Assembly (NCBI GenBank): GCA_964016885.1
Contig: OZ024742.1
Location: 208,010,001 to 208,074,000, forward strand
Length of the DNA stretch: 64,000 nucleotides
Direction of reading: 5' to 3'
Source: Eledone cirrhosa
Taxonomy: Eukaryota
A program made the translations under genes and the position numbers. The notes beneath the pieces are model-generated. The model did not search any database and had not been told where the DNA came from. It worked only from the letters and a program-made list of their open reading frames with translations. Positions 40,576-56,523 of the stretch are shown one piece after another (within the stretch, counting starts at the first letter, position 1; each line of letters begins with the position of its first letter).

Positions 40576-40748
40576 AGCTGCCCCCTCGTTATCGAGTATG
40601 GACATTTAATCTTATGAGTTCTTCAGCCCTTTGTCAGGTTTTGTTTTTTGTCATGCAGGGTGTCCACAATCACTCTCCTCAACAAGTAAACGTGGTAGGG
40701 TTGCTGGTTTAGTCGCCATATATATATATATATATGGATATGGGTGGT

Positions 40749-40782
<34 letters not shown>

Positions 40783-40784
<2 letters not shown>

Positions 40785-42650
40785 ATCACCCATATCCAAT
40801 TCTTTGACATCCCCGTCGCCATTGACCCCTCCCACCAATCATTCATCCTCTCTGCTTTCTCCAGCCCAAAGACTCCAAATCCCTTTAGCTCCTCCCACCA
40901 CACTCACACCAAACATTCCACGCCCCACTCCCAACTTCTCTGGATCCTCCCCCTTTGAGCCGTGATGCCGACTTCCAGACACAGGCCTTTTCTCTGGTCC
41001 AACAAATCACCGGAGGTGTTACCCCCCTCCCTCATCAACGCCGCCCTCATCGACGCCCATGCCGTCAGCCGCAACACCACCCTGACCCCCTAACCACCGT
41101 TTCTCTTTCCAACTCACCTAGCAACCCGCGACCCTACCCCTGCAAAATAACACCCTTTGCCTCTTCCGACGCCTCCAGTCAGAACCCTCCACAGTCCCCA
41201 TATTCCCACGCCCAACCCTGCTCTCCTTCAAATGCACACGCAACCTCCTCGTCAGCAGTTCCCTACCCCCATCTCCCATTCAACCTCCGGTTCCCTTCCC
41301 TGCTCCCTACTCCGCTGCCACACATGCCCCCACATCACCAACTCCACTACCTCCCAGGAACCAAATGGTCACTCTCTCTCTGTCCGGCATTCTTTCACTC
41401 CACGTCCTCCAGATTTGTCTACAGACTCCGCTGCACGTAGAGCAGCACGACCTATGTCGAACCGACCAGACGCCGTCTGACCCACCGGTTCGCCGAACAC
41501 GTCCGCGACATCCGTCTCAGTTCGTATGACACTTCCACTCCACCGGACACTCGCCTTGGAAATTGACCGTCTGCGGCCTGATTGCGTGCCCTGGAGCCCT
41601 CGATGCCCGACTTAGGGCTGAGCAACGCACCATCTTCCTTTTACAGACTTGCACCCCTCCGATTTGAATTCCCACCCCTCTTCGTTTAGCCTTCGACTGC
41701 GTCCTCGTACCCATTCCCTCCCTTACTAACACCACTGACGTCTACCCACACCTCACCACGCCACTAATACTAATACTAACCCCACTAGTCGCATCCCCTA
41801 CTAGCACCACTAACCTCCATCCACCCACACACACACCCACATTTCACTACCTCACTAATAATACTACTAAATACCGCCCCACCATGCACCACCCTCCTTC
41901 CCTCTTACAACACACACACACCCCAAGCACGCACAGACTCATTCACACGTCTTTACACATGCACCTTTCCCTCTCCCGTCCCCCCTACTGTCACCACTAA
42001 CCTCCTCCAACACACCCACCCGCACCTCACGCCTACTAACAGTTCCTCTACTACTAAAACACCCCACCACGTTTCCCTTTAACATTACCATTGGCATAAT
42101 AACACACTCTCACGTACACCCTAAACACACACACATATTATATACACTCACTGAAACCGACCTTACTCCATCACTTTTCCACCACACTTCTGCACACACA
42201 TACATATAACGCTATACACACATGCTGTTCTCATCCACACACACTGCCTGTCTACCCAGCTACTACCCTCCTACACAGACAGCAATACTATTGCCTCTCA
42301 CTCACCAGTACTGTTCAGCCAGCTCCACCTCCTCCCATCCGAATCACACATTGCCCTGCCATCATCACCCTCACCACCCACTCCCCCAACTATTTTGACT
42401 TCACCATCTTGACCACTTCCTGTTGCACACGCCTCATCATTTTTCGACCCTACACCAATGAATTTACCAATTGGATATGGAGGCGATTTTACATCCGCAT
42501 CTTTACCATCCACATACATACACAGACATCCATTAAGAAACTTAGACACACATAGACACTTACACCATTTTCGCACACACCAACTACGCATTTCAAGCGA
42601 ACCCACATCACCTACAGACAAACGACGCATCATCCTCTCTTAAACACACA
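40783..42650 (+). mobile_element. 5'-truncated C-rich PLE (thumb + GIY-YIG relic + long CA-rich 3' region), same family as 57580-62190
   Basis: HTKHSTPHSQLL, SRDADFQTQA, CSLLRCHTCPHITNST..SQEPNG, FVYRLRC, YVE..RRLTHRFAEH. Confidence 0.85.
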
Positions 42651-42664
42651 AACACACAGACACG

Positions 42665-43300
42665 GGTAAGGACCGGGCTAAGAGACATTCCACTAGACTG
42701 GCGGACTTAATCTGGGGTTTGAAAGATAGTGGCACAGAATACAAGCTCTACTGGAATGTAGTACAACGTGCAGCTGCATATTGCACTGGTGAAGTACGGT
42801 GTAGACTTGCTGACAGAAGCCATGCAGATAGTCAGATTAAAAAATAACGCGGTCAACTTAAAATATGAGGTCATCATGGCATGCAGGCACCAACGGAATT
42901 GCACCTTTTCTGCATTGGAATTCTCGGATACTAGTATAGTACGCCGCATGGTGGAGCGAGCACTACGGAGCGACGTGTTCACGGGTCCTTCCTTTGGTTT
43001 ATCTCACGGACTTCATGCTCTGTCTATCTATCGACTCACACCACCGATTATGGACGACATAGTAACAGAATATATATTAATATTAATATTAATTTCATTA
43101 GTGTATATTGTCTGAAATGTCACCCCGAAAATTGAACCTAATTTATTATATATGTGAACCGTTAACAACGTTTTATTTATTGTTGTACCTGCATATTATT
43201 GTATTTCATTTTATCGTATACATTTTTTTGATTTTTGATTATTGCTTCCATTTATATATAAGGACCCAAACGGGGTGAACGATATATGTATGATGTGACA
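42665..43300 (+). mobile_element. PLE EN C-terminal fragment (same lineage as the 13830 ORF) plus 3' region
   Basis: RHSTRLADLIWGLKDSGTEYKLYWNVVQRAAAYCTGEVRCRL..EAMQI..VNLKYEVIMACRH. Confidence 0.75.
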
Positions 43301-43410
43301 ATGTGACATTATATAATCACTTTTATTTTATTTTATTTTTCATGTTATGTTTTAAATATCTACTATATTCATCTTTATATTCATAGAGACAATTTGTGTG
43401 TGTGCAGATA

Positions 43411-45183
<1,773 letters not shown>

Positions 45184-45185
<2 letters not shown>

Positions 45186-45372
45186 CAATGTTTGTACATG
45201 TAATTAACCTTCTATTCAACTGAATAATAATATAGATATATATATATTGATGTTGTGAGCAAGAGTTTCGTATTTACAGGGTGGAATGGATGTGACATAT
45301 ATTTTACGAGAATTGTACAAAAATTCAAATTCAAATTAAAAGCACAGAGTGGAATACATGCGACAGTTAAGT
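45184..45372. repeat. dispersed repeat, near-identical to 53301-53533 (likely PLE terminus)
   Basis: Shared CTATTCAACTGAA..GTTTCGTATTTACAGGGTGGAATGGATGTGACATATATTTTACGAGAATTGTACAA..GAGTGGAATACATGC. Confidence 0.85.
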
Positions 45373-45620
45373 TTGCAATTTTCAAGTTGAAATTTGCAAA
45401 CTTAACTGTCACCACAGAATATGTACCTGAAGATTGAGAAAGCATCAAAGTACCTGTTCAATTAACACCTAACATTTAATATTCTACCATACTATTTCAT
45501 GATAATATCATTATAATTTTAAAGGATTGTAAATAAAACGAGTAAATCAGACAAAGTTGGAATTCCTTTTATTAATATAATCTTCTATACACAATCATAC
45601 ACACAAGTGTATATATATAT

Positions 45621-45692
<72 letters not shown>

Positions 45693-45697
<5 letters not shown>

Positions 45698-45819
45698 GTT
45701 TCTACTTTTGGCACAAGGCCACCAATTACCCAGTGCATTATTGGTACCTTATTTTATCGACCCCGTAGGGATGAAAGGCAAAGTTAAACTTGGCGAGTTT
45801 GAACTCAGAATGGAAAGGG

Positions 45820-45822
<3 letters not shown>
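45693..45822 (-). mobile_element. tRNA-derived SINE (5' partial)
   Basis: Reverse-complement tail, central domain and B box. Confidence 0.85.
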
Positions 45823-45857
<35 letters not shown>

Positions 45858-47695
45858 CTTTATTTATTAACCACAAGGTTTACATAAAGTAGACATTAAG
45901 GAGAGTACAGGACAATACAGGACGGTACAAATGGGCATTTCTGCGTGTAAAAAAACAAAAACAGAGGATGTAACAAAAAAATAACAATGAAAAATTCCCC
46001 TATACGGGGGAGACTTCCAAGGGATATTCGTGGAGAAAGCCCATTAAAAAGCCACAGTGACCCTGACCACCAGGGCAAGTGAACTCTCCCAGTTTTCCAC
46101 CTTTAATTTACAGACTTATACTCAGAGTAGGCCATTCACTCGGGCCAGTCTTGCCTCTCTCACCCATCTTTCAACACAATGCTGGGAAGAGAGCACTTCG
46201 CTCTCTACCCTGATTTTCCTTTTCAAATGAAATTTGAAAAAGTTAATTAGGGCATCACCGAAGAGCCCTTTCAAACGTGTACACCATACTATCTCTTTCG
46301 CCATGGCCACCAGACAGATAAAAACTGCCTGCCCTTCCCGGCTAAAGGAAGAGAGCGGGGCAATCCTCACGATGGACTCAGCTGATAGCAGGATCCGTCC
46401 TGCACGCGACAGCAGGTGTTTGACATAAACCCACAAGTCAGCAATGCTCGGACACTAGACGAGTGAGTGCAGGACAGTTTCGTCGCCCAGCGCGCATCTC
46501 GGACATGACCGGCTGGCGGCACCTCCATGCCTATAGAGTTTATCACGAACTGGCAAAGTTCCTCGGTAGCACAACCAGGCCAGGGATTTCTGGAAGTTGT
46601 CCATAAGCCCGGGCCCGAAAGTTCTTCCGAAGAGATTGGCTAGTTGATTTTCGTCGACGCCTAGAGTTTCCCCAAGTACGTCGTCGCTCTTCCCCTCCAC
46701 TAATCCTCTATTGAACGCCAAGGTGGAGCTTCCACCGATCACATTGCCTGATTGGTCGAGGGCTGTGAGCACCTGATGAAGTTCCAGTTTTCAAGCGCTC
46801 CCTCTCAGTCTTCTCTTGACCTAGGACTGCAGCTCCGTTAAGGAGACGAGCTGGGGAAATACGCGTCTAGCAAACGGCGACCACACCTTATCACCGTCGA
46901 GGAAGAGGTAGAGATGTCGTAGCCTGAACGCGTGTCTGCGCATCATCAGCCACGGCATGCCCAGCCCTCCACGTAACAGGTGTTGACAGCAGATGGACCG
47001 CCTCACCATCGGAGCGCGTCCCTTCCATAAAAAGCGAAAGAGCAAACGCTCCAGCGCAGTCAGGCGAGGCTTAGGACAAGGTACGACTGTCAGGCTGTAG
47101 TAGATGACGGACGCGATGTACGCGTTTATCACCTCCGCTTGACCTTTCAGGGATAGCTTCCTCTCTGCCCATTTCTGGGTGAAAGAAGGCATCCTGCTCG
47201 TCACCTCGTCCCAGTTTTTGTCCGTCTGGATGTCCGGACCGAACCAGACCCCTAGCTATTTACCCGTCCGTCCGTTCAGTGCCCGACGACGCTGTTGGAC
47301 GGCATGGACCTGCCTCTCCAGGAGCCGAGCTGCAGGCCCACTTACTTTTGCTGGTTGATCATTGCTCCTGTCACCGCTTCGTATTCTCTTAGTGAAGTGC
47401 CGATCGCCTCGATGTTTTGGGCGTTCGACACCACTACGGTGACATCGTCCGCATATGCTGACACGTATCTTCCGCATCCTAGTTCGCGAGGGACCCTCCT
47501 CAACGTCTCCAGTTTGTGCAGTAATGGCTCGAGAGTCAATACGTACAAGAGGGACGAGAGGGGACATCCTTGGCGCACCGAGCGCATTATGTTGAACGGT
47601 TCCGAAAGGTGAACGTTCACTCTCATCACAGAGCAGATGTCGCTGTGCATGGCAGCGATCCAGCCTCTGAAGACGGGCCCAAAGCCAGCCGCCCA
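45823..47695 (-). mobile_element. 5'-truncated Tx1/L1-clade LINE with (ATT)n 3' flank
   Basis: VRQGCPLS, AYADDV, LSLKGQA, GGLGMP, CPRCALGDETVLH; paralogous to 33638-35438. Confidence 0.92.
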
Positions 47696-47744
47696 ATCTG
47701 ATGTTTTCATGGTGTTGGATATGTTGGATTTGTTGAAAACGAAG

Positions 47745-47950
47745 GTGATATACAGAGCTTTATGGAACAAAGCCAGTAAATTTGGAGGAAGAGCAAAGTT
47801 GATCGAATATATCCCATGACTTGACATGTACTGGTATATTATTTTATCGATCCTGGAAGGAGGAAATGGTAAGTTAACCCTTCCCGGGATTTGAAATCAG
47901 AATGTAAAGAGCAAGGGCCTTTTATTCGACGTTCTACTAATTCTATCAAT
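47745..47950 (-). mobile_element. degenerate tRNA-derived SINE
   Basis: CTGGTA..ATTTTATCGATCC..AAGTTAACC..GGGATTTGAA-TCAG. Confidence 0.65.
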
Positions 47951-49949
47951 CCGTTTTTCGACATTAATCAGTAGAAAGACGAATGTAGAAAGTCGATAAA
48001 TTTGGTGGTCATGAAATTAAGCAATGTGACTTCCTTAATTTCGATATTGCAAACATGGTCATGTATAAAAATAAATTATGGTATATTTTGTGGAATTACT
48101 AGAACACATGAATGACAAAATTTCGTAAGCGAAATATAACCCAGCATTACCGCTGTTGTCTTTTTAATATTATCTAGGAATTCATTAATACATTTTCGTT
48201 TTGGGTTTGATTTGAGGGAGATTCTGCTGCTATATCTAGCATGTCAATGACCATATACATGCTCCTTTGAATGTTCTCAATTTAGGATTGTTTCTGTAGT
48301 GTATCACAGAAAAGACCAGCACGCCTACAAAATATATCACCAGACACTGTAATTTACAAAACCACCACAATACCTCTTTAAATCGCAACGTTACACATGA
48401 ACAAACTAACAGAAATCAAAATCAACGTGAAAGTAGATATATCATTCCGTGCTATTTTGAGAAAATTTCCAGAGTTTGTCACGTGCTAGAATCAAAGACA
48501 GTTTAACGTGTATATTTTTTCTTATATTGTTTATTCCTTTTGATTCGTAGAGATGGAGCGAAACCTTGATAATAACGTACACTAATTAATTTCATCAAAT
48601 GTACATATGCAAAGACAGTCGTGCCGAATTAAACATGGTTTAGGATTGATGTTATAAGTGTTGTCAGTATTAATGCTGTGGTAGTTGTTAATTCGAAATG
48701 TAATGTTAATCGTGACAGACAAGATTGAAAAAGCAGCTACGATTCGTCGCGTGATGGATACGCAAAAAATTAAGATTTAATTAGAATTTCGTAAATACAA
48801 GGCATAGATGTAATAAGGGAACTTGTTTTTACATTTTATTACTTTACCGTTCAGGTCTTTATGCCAAGATAGGAATTTTGTGAAGATGTTTCAATTTCTC
48901 GCAGAAGCCTATACGTATGACAAAGTCATCAAGAAACGTATGAATAGTCTCATTTTTCTCTCAAACATATTTGGTATCATTGCTATATAAGGAATTTGTA
49001 TTTGGTATGATTTTCCTGATGGGATTTACTCTAAACAACATACGGATGAATTGGTGTTTTCAGTCAGTTTAATGTTACAATAGCACTTAAATGATCTCCT
49101 CATCATATACTTGAAACTTGATCAAATATAATCACGTGTATCACTCAAATTCTGCTATAGCGGAAGTGCCTGATTTATTATTTTACTCTTTTCAAAATAG
49201 AAGCTAATAGATATGAAGTACTCGTAAGCTTTAGAAGTAAATTTCAACAAACATAATTTATAGTTTATAACTAAATAAATCTGTCTATATAGCATTTTTT
49301 TTTTTAGAGAATTAATCCGAGTGTAATGTGCAAATATCAAATGTTTAAAAACATGTTTAACGACAGAAACCAAAACATTGTTTCATCAACATATATATGT
49401 ATCAGTATATGCTTACATTGAATTTATGTTCATATATAATTTGGCATGTCCTCTATTAAAGTGTCTGCGTGTGCAAAAATATGTGAATTGTATATTGTCC
49501 TCACATGATGCAACACAATCGCACACACACACCGGCACCACCGATAGACCTGGACGATCTGCTACCACTACTACATACGTATCCTCATGTAGGCATAAAT
49601 ACAGCCATTCTCGTGTCTTTCACGATTAACGACCAATGTTTGATACGCACATATCTTTGTGTTTGTGTCTACGTTTACTGTTTGACAAAAATATATCTAT
49701 GAAATAAGTGCTAGGCTTGAAAAATATATATTGATGTATACATCATTAACTAAAATCCCTCCAATGTGGGGGTCTCATTATGGCAAAAGTTAATGTGTAA
49801 TATACTGAATGACGTACGCCAAGACATCATCAGTTAATTGAAATTTCTTTCTTAGTTAATCAATGTAATTGCGATTGCTTGCCTCTTGCTTATGCATGTC
49901 TGTATGTGGATAACGGTAAAAGAGTGAAACAGAAGATGGTTTTGTGACA

Positions 49950-50990
49950 CCCGCTCCCTTTCGTTTGTTTGCTTTTCCGAGAGGAGAAACTCAGGAGTAT
50001 GGCATTTTTCTGTCCCTTGGGCATAAGAGGAAAAGCGTAATCCCGAGGGGTAGCAAGGGAGATGCGCCGAAAGAGTCATTCTTGCTGGTGGCCAACACCG
50101 ACCCAATAGTAGCAAGAACACAGGTGGTTCGGGGACGCGGATGCCAGAATGTTCAATTGCTATAGTGATAAACCTCAACAGCCTGCCAATTTCAGTTTCT
50201 CGAACAACTAAGGTAGATATGCCATTGAATTCATGATCTTGCTATTGCAGAAAGTATCGCTGCATGTCTCGTCCCAGATGAGAAGCTTACCATTGCGGAA
50301 CGAGAAGATTGAGATCTTATTTGGCATTTTGTCGAACGTTGGTTTGAGATGCAATGGGAATCCATGCTCATGAATCAGTTAAAAGCAGCATGACGTGAAA
50401 GGCGAATAGCCATAAAACGCATGAAGGTTGAAATCCTCTACCATGGATCCGCAACGACACTTATGTTGTTCATAGATCCGGAGGTCGAGCCTAAGGTAAA
50501 CGCCGATACGAGACCATCACTGTTTAGTTGAATACTACATGACCATGAGAGTATGGCGTTTAGACAAGCATGGGAATGAGGTTTGGAGGTGGAGCAAAAA
50601 ATGCACACGATACTGCTCAAGCAAGTGCGCATGTCTGTCCGAACCTCTGTCACTCAAGATTGCGTCCTATTTGCCTTGTCGGAGAACGGAGGCTAAGTCA
50701 GCTCGGTTAATGATGAAAGAAATGTCGACATTGCCAATGAAACTGGAAACAGCGAAGAAGACCGCCGTGTCTAGCAGGTATGCTGTAATTGATCTGGCCG
50801 TGGCATATCACATCCAATGCAGGCATCGGGATCTGTGAGATGATATAAATGACTGTAAGAGGAACACTGCGAAAGTTATACAACATCCTCGGCATGGTGA
50901 AGCAATTTCTCGACTGGAATAATGCAAGACGCGAAACCAAACATTCGATGGATTTGGAGTTAACGTCGGTGTCATACAACGATGTTTCTC
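49950..50990 (-). mobile_element. decayed CRE-like non-LTR retrotransposon 3' half (post-RT + restriction-like endonuclease)
   Basis: RNCFTMPRMLYNFRSVP, SIPARHGGL, SHACLNAI, RHAAFN and FRNGKLLIWDETCSDTF resemble CRE-clade PRLLY.LRS.P / LP.R.GGLG / SGAWLNA / RH..LN / W..GK.L.WDATC.DT. Confidence 0.65.
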
Positions 50991-51102
50991 AGACTCTTAC
51001 AGAGATCAAACGTTACCGCCATAAAAAAGGACATTCAATAATACAGTCCTAGATAAAATGTATGAAAATAAAATTGGATGGTCAGGACTGGATGACTTTG
51101 AT

Positions 51103-51402
51103 AATAATTGTTTCTACTTTTTTGGCACAAGGCAAGCAATTATCCCAGTGTATTGCTGGTACTTTACTTTATCAACCCCGTAAGGTTGAAAGGCAAAGTT
51201 AACCTCGGCGGGATTTGAACTCAGACCATAAGGATCACTTTGATAATAATTGTTTCTACTTTTGGCACAAGGCCAGCAAATACCCAGTGCATTACTGGTA
51301 CTTTATTTTATCGACCCCGTAAGGATGAAAGGCAAAGTTAACCTCGGCGGGATTTAAAAGCATGGTGTCCGAACCTCTACCGATACTGCCAATCCACCGC
51401 CT
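51103..51402 (-). mobile_element. two tandem tRNA-derived SINE copies
   Basis: Duplicated ACTTTGATAATAATTGTTTCTACTTTTGGCACAAGG...CCTCGGCGGGATTT. The second copy has an internal deletion after the B box. Confidence 0.9.
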
Positions 51403-52107
51403 AATAATGTATAATCAATATGTTCAGACTTGATACAAGATATCAACAACAAAAACAAAAACAACAGCAATAGCTTGTGAAGACTTATGATGTGACGATG
51501 ACAACAATGGTGATATTGTTCAAAATGATAAAGTTATTAATGTCGAAGTAAATGCGTGTGTTAAGGGAGAAGGTAGGATAATACATTTAATTTGAATTGC
51601 TACAATCAAGGGAAACAGTCATTGTCAATGTAGGCAGCTGAAGGCAACCAGCTAAAAGTCATCATTTGCGCTTGGAAGAAATTTTACGGTTCATAAAGTG
51701 TAAGTGACAAATGAAGCGGAATGAATAACAATATGATTTTGCGTTTCAGCTATCGTCATTTCTACTTGCTATTGTTCGCTGTTCTTTCTATAATTAAGGA
51801 TAACAAAATTTCACTTTTCATTGAATATCTCTCAGATTCTTTAAAAATATCCCGCATGAAACCGTAATTTTGGTTTTGTTTTGTTTTGTTTCGTTTATTT
51901 CTCGTCATTCACCGACCTATCAGCAGGTCAGTAGTCATCGCAATTATTAAGTACAGAAGGCGTAAATGATATTAATATCAACTTTCATATTACTAATAGC
52001 TTTCTCCCACCACCACGAGCTTTTTCTTCTACAACTACCACCAGCAACACCAGCACCACCATCATCATCTTCTTCTTCTTGATGTTGTTGTTATTATTTT
52101 TATAAGG

Positions 52108-52430
52108 GTGGTGGATTGACAGAGCCGTTTGAGCAACGAACAACATGCTTTATGGCATGTTGTTACGGCCTTTCACGTTCTTAGTTCAAATGCCGCCATG
52201 GTTAGATTTGCCTGTCATCCTTATGGCGTCGATAAAATAAAGTACCTGTAACGCACTGGGTCGATTTAATCGAATTTCCCCTCCTTAAAATTGCTGGCCG
52301 TTTGCCTATATCAGAAACCATTATTGTTATTATTATCATAGGAGTAGTGTATTTGCAGTCATTAGAGAGTCGAACAAAATGCTTTGTGGCAAGTAGCTAC
52401 TGCCCTCTACGTTCTGAGTTCAATTCACAC
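52108..52430 (+). mobile_element. tRNA-derived SINE plus a second SINE head
   Basis: AGTTCAAATGCCGCC..TCATCCTTATGGCGTCGATAAAATAAAGTACC; second CTGAGTTCAA at ~52415. Confidence 0.75.
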
Positions 52431-52499
52431 TCAGGATTTCTGATTGAATCTGGTCTCCAAAGAGTCGTGTCTGCTTCCGAAGATGGGTTCTTGTATGTT

Positions 52500-52830
52500 C
52501 TAAATCTATAACTATTTTTGGCTATAGTTAGAATTTTTCGGATGTAAATGGCTGATAGATAGAGGTATATCATTAGAAAGGGATGCCCTATGTTTGTTTA
52601 ATTTCATATGGTTACTAAAAGCAATATAATCGGCCAAATTAGGGGTGGTAGAGAAAAAAATCTTAACATTATTTTCGTTAAAATGTTTATAGTATTTGTG
52701 GCCAGGAATAAAATTATTACGCAGGATGGAGAATATTCTAGGAAGGTTAGAAGCAACATTAAGTGAAAGGGAGGATTTAGCCAAGAGATCTCTTACGGCA
52801 CAAGGGATTGGGATTATTAGAAGGGTTTAT
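52500..52830 (-). pseudogene. PLE linker-region relic
   Basis: SLSLNVASNLPRIF..NFIPGHKYYKHFNENNVKIFFSTTPNLADYIA, compared with PFSLNVKTNVGK..HFRIGHKYRSIFNRHKVKLGYSC in the 13830 ORF. Confidence 0.75.
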
Positions 52831-53300
52831 GGGTAAGTTTAAATTATTCTTTAAATTTTTAAGGGGAGTTGTGGATGTATTCTTAGTGTTAAAAGAAGGC
52901 ATCTGTTTAAGCTTTCTAGAGGGTACTAAATCATGCTTTTATTTTCACTGCTCGCTTATCGATTTCTGTATCGCTAATTATATCATCAATGTACAAATTA
53001 ATGATTCAATCTCCGAAACAAATTGTCAGCCAGTAAATATATGTATTCAAAAATGTGTTGTTTTCTCTGATATTTAATGCGTGCTATATATATAAAGAAT
53101 TCGAAGTTTGAAAGCCACAAAAATTCGCGTTTGGACATTACCGTGGCTTTCAAACTTCGAATTATTTGCACCACCATATACAATGTTTCAAGTAAACTAC
53201 AAATTTCTTTTATATATATATATATGTAATAAATAAATTATACAATTATCAAAGTTGTGTTCAAATCATTTATTAGCTCGTTTTGAGTCATCGGAGCATT

Positions 53301-56060
53301 ATCAATGTGTGCACATATAATTAACCTCCTATTCAACTGAACAATAATATAGATACATATAAATTGATGTTGTGAGCAACAGTTTCGTATTTACAGGGTG
53401 GAATGGATGTGACATATATTTTACGAGAATTGTACAATAATTGTACAAACATTCAAGTTCAAATTCAAATTCAAATTCAAATTAAATTAAAATCAAAATC
53501 AAAAGCATGGAGTGGAATACATGCAACAGTTAAAACAAGGGAACAGTCCAAATATTAAAGAGGCATTCAGGAAGTAGTTTTGAGAAAGGAAGAGTGCAAT
53601 AACAATTCATATGCAGGCGTGTGGATAGTGTGACTGCGTAAGTCATATACATGAGAAGGAGACAAACAAAGCTATTATGCATATATAGATGAATAAATAC
53701 TGCAGTTAAAGTAAATATGTTAATGTATTAGAGTCTATAGTGGATGTTGAATGTTGATGGCGTTCGAATCAATGTGTGTTGAGAAACATACAGTTTTGCA
53801 GACTTTTCCATGACATATGTTGAATTAAACTTTAGCTAATGTTTATATTGAATGTTTTAAGTTAGTTAGAGCAATTGATTGTAAATTAGTCTTAATGAAT
53901 TCATATTCATAGACTATATTTGATCAACCGTTAAATTTCCAATCGTTAATATCCGGAAGTGAATAAGGGGAGCTAATGCGTAAGGGGAGGTAACTAGCTA
54001 ATTAAGTTCAATTCAGTTATTGAAACTCTTTGTTCTAATACACAATATAATGTGATACCATTGTATCTCTGTTACATAACCCTGTATATTTATGCCTGAT
54101 TTTAAATACAGTGTATTCTACTATCATACATTAAAGGTTTCTCTAGATTGTTATCTATTCATTACTGGACAAGGTATAAGTTATAAAGGATTATACAGCT
54201 GTTAATATGTCATAATAGATATGCTATATGTGTAATAATATAATCTCTAATATACAATGCTATTATATTGTATATTTAATTATAAGTGTATATATACTTT
54301 ATTATTATGTTGTGTAATTTAAGCATTTAATTATACAATTATAAATGCACATATAGTTTATCATCACACATTACATTAAATGTCTCTACATACCAAGTGC
54401 CAAATATCCATTACTGTATATGATATAATTAATCTATTGTAGTTATATCACAAGGTGGTAACTCTATGTCTAATTCTAACTGTTATTGCAGAGAATAAGT
54501 TTATAGATGAATAGGAGTTGTGTAGCGGAAAGAGTTGGTCGAGGGGTTTGTGGTTGTGGGTGCTGCTAAGTCCTAGATATGTAGTGTTAATGGTGGTGGG
54601 GAATTCAAATCTGACATTGTTGTATACTAACAGCTAGGTTTAAAGTTATCGAACGAGTGTCGGTACCGGTGTTGTCACGAGGGAAACGTTTCTGACTTTC
54701 TATTAAGGACATCTAGTTTCGAAAAGATTATAGTATGGGACTCCAGAAGGCAGAGATTACACAATTTATTCGGTGGTTTATACGATGAGGCCATACCTAC
54801 TACTTCCCATTGCAGTGTAAATAGTATATTGCTGGTTTTCAGAGTGTGTATGTAGCTAGATAAAGAAGTGGAGCTGTCTAGATTGTGTTTTTGAAAGAGT
54901 GGAGATGCGAGTTGTATCTCGTCTTGAAGTTGTTCGAAGTAGAACCTATATATGTTTTAGAAGAGTTGTTTGCCTTGACGGTTCATGAGTAGATGATGTT
55001 TTTGGTTAAGCAATTATTACCTAAGGGGCAAGTTCTATTAGTTCTACAGTTACATTTATTCTGGGTGTTAGCTTGCCGGTTCCTATGTTGTGGAGAATTC
55101 TGGTTTCTAGGGGTAGCACTAGGGTAATAATGTTTATCATTCGTATTGTTATTGATTTCATTAGTGCTATTATCATATTACTATTATTACTACTATTGTT
55201 TACAGGTACTAAGTTTACCTGCTGTTGTGTTTTAATTAGTCGGAAATAGTTATCAATCTTCCTTTTATTACTACTAGCTATATGGTATGCTATGTTAGGT
55301 GTGGTGGAGTACGATATTTTAATTGTATTTTTATTGATAAGGCTATGGTACTTGTGGCCGGTCGGGAAGTTTTTTTTCTAAGATTGAGAAGAAAGCCTTA
55401 GGCAAGTTGGTAGAGACGTTTAAATTGAAAAATGCATTAGTTCTCCTTCTATTTTTGTTTATAGTATTGTTTTTTTTTTTTTTAGGTATTTATATTCCTG
55501 TTTATATTATTATTGTGGTGTTTACTTTGGTGCGAGTTAAGTTTGGTATTAATCTTCGTCTTACAGTTCTAGTGGCTAGTGTTTTTACTATTTTTCCACA
55601 TTTTTTAACTATGTGATTTTATAGGTAGGAATTCAGTCTCATTCCTCTGTCCTGATTTAGCTAAGGCCTCATTATAGTATTGTGAATTATTGTTAAATAT
55701 AGTTTATTATATAATAGATTAGAGATTCTATTAGATATTCCTTTGGTAATGGAGTTTAATATGGATTTAGGGTGGTTAGAGTTGGTGTTCACATAAATTA
55801 GTTTTTCGTTAGGTTTATGATAGCGTGTGTATATTCTAGAGTCTAGGCTAAGGGTAGCGTCAAGGAAGTTGACGTTTTTAGTGTTTTTATCTAAGTTGAT
55901 ACTTAAGTTGTAGTTTATGAACATTTTGTGTAACTGTTTCCTATTTTTTCTATATTAAATTTGTTATAGTCTATAACAAGAATCGCAACGTCGCTGTATA
56001 AACCACCGTTGAGGTAGGGTAAGTTCTTATGGATTTCATTAAGTAGGTATAATCCCAGCA
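53301..56060 (-). mobile_element. decayed PLE (RT C-half, thumb, Cys linker, GIY-YIG, long AT-rich 3' region)
   Basis: VNFLDATL..YHKPNEKLIYVNTNSNHP; FPTGHKYHSLINKNTIKISYSTTPN; CNCRTNRTCPLGNNC; YIGST; LCNLCLLE. Confidence 0.85.
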
Positions 56061-56070
56061 AATCTTCTAG

Positions 56071-56269
56071 ACTTTTGGTACTTATCAAAGCAAACTACTC
56101 CTCCTCTTTGGTGAAAATTATGTGTTGGATTCTTATAGAATTCCAGTAATAATCAAGAACTGATTATACAGAGCGGTCACCGATCCAGCAGAAATTGAAA
56201 ATTAGAATCCAACACATATAATTTTCAGCAAACAGGAAGCGTAGTGATCTTTGATAAGTATCAAAAAGT
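56071..56269. repeat. imperfect ~63-bp inverted repeats (MITE-like or fold-back)
   Basis: ACTTTTGGTACTTATCAAAG..TGAAAATTATGTGTTGGATTCT vs AGAATCCAACACATATAATTTTCA..CTTTGATAAGTATCAAAAAGT. Confidence 0.85.
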
Positions 56270-56469
56270 ACGAAACAGAGCTCTGTCAGTTTATCTCCCC
56301 TGTTTGCTGAAAATGTTAATAAGTGACATTGTCACTATTTTAAAACAATAGCGTATGGTCTTCGAAATACTTTTAATTAAGCAGACAGTGTATTGCAAAA
56401 TACACTATATATACATTCATATATATATCTCGCTATTTCAGAGCACCAATTCTAATTTTATATACATAC

Positions 56470-56523
<54 letters not shown>

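Noticed and set aside
48855-48937. Possible host exon (ttcag/GTC...AAC/gtatga; SLCQDRNFVKMFQFLAEAYTYDKVIKK)
   Set aside because: Splice-like signals and one short open frame only; no recognisable homology or partner exons. RNA-seq is needed.
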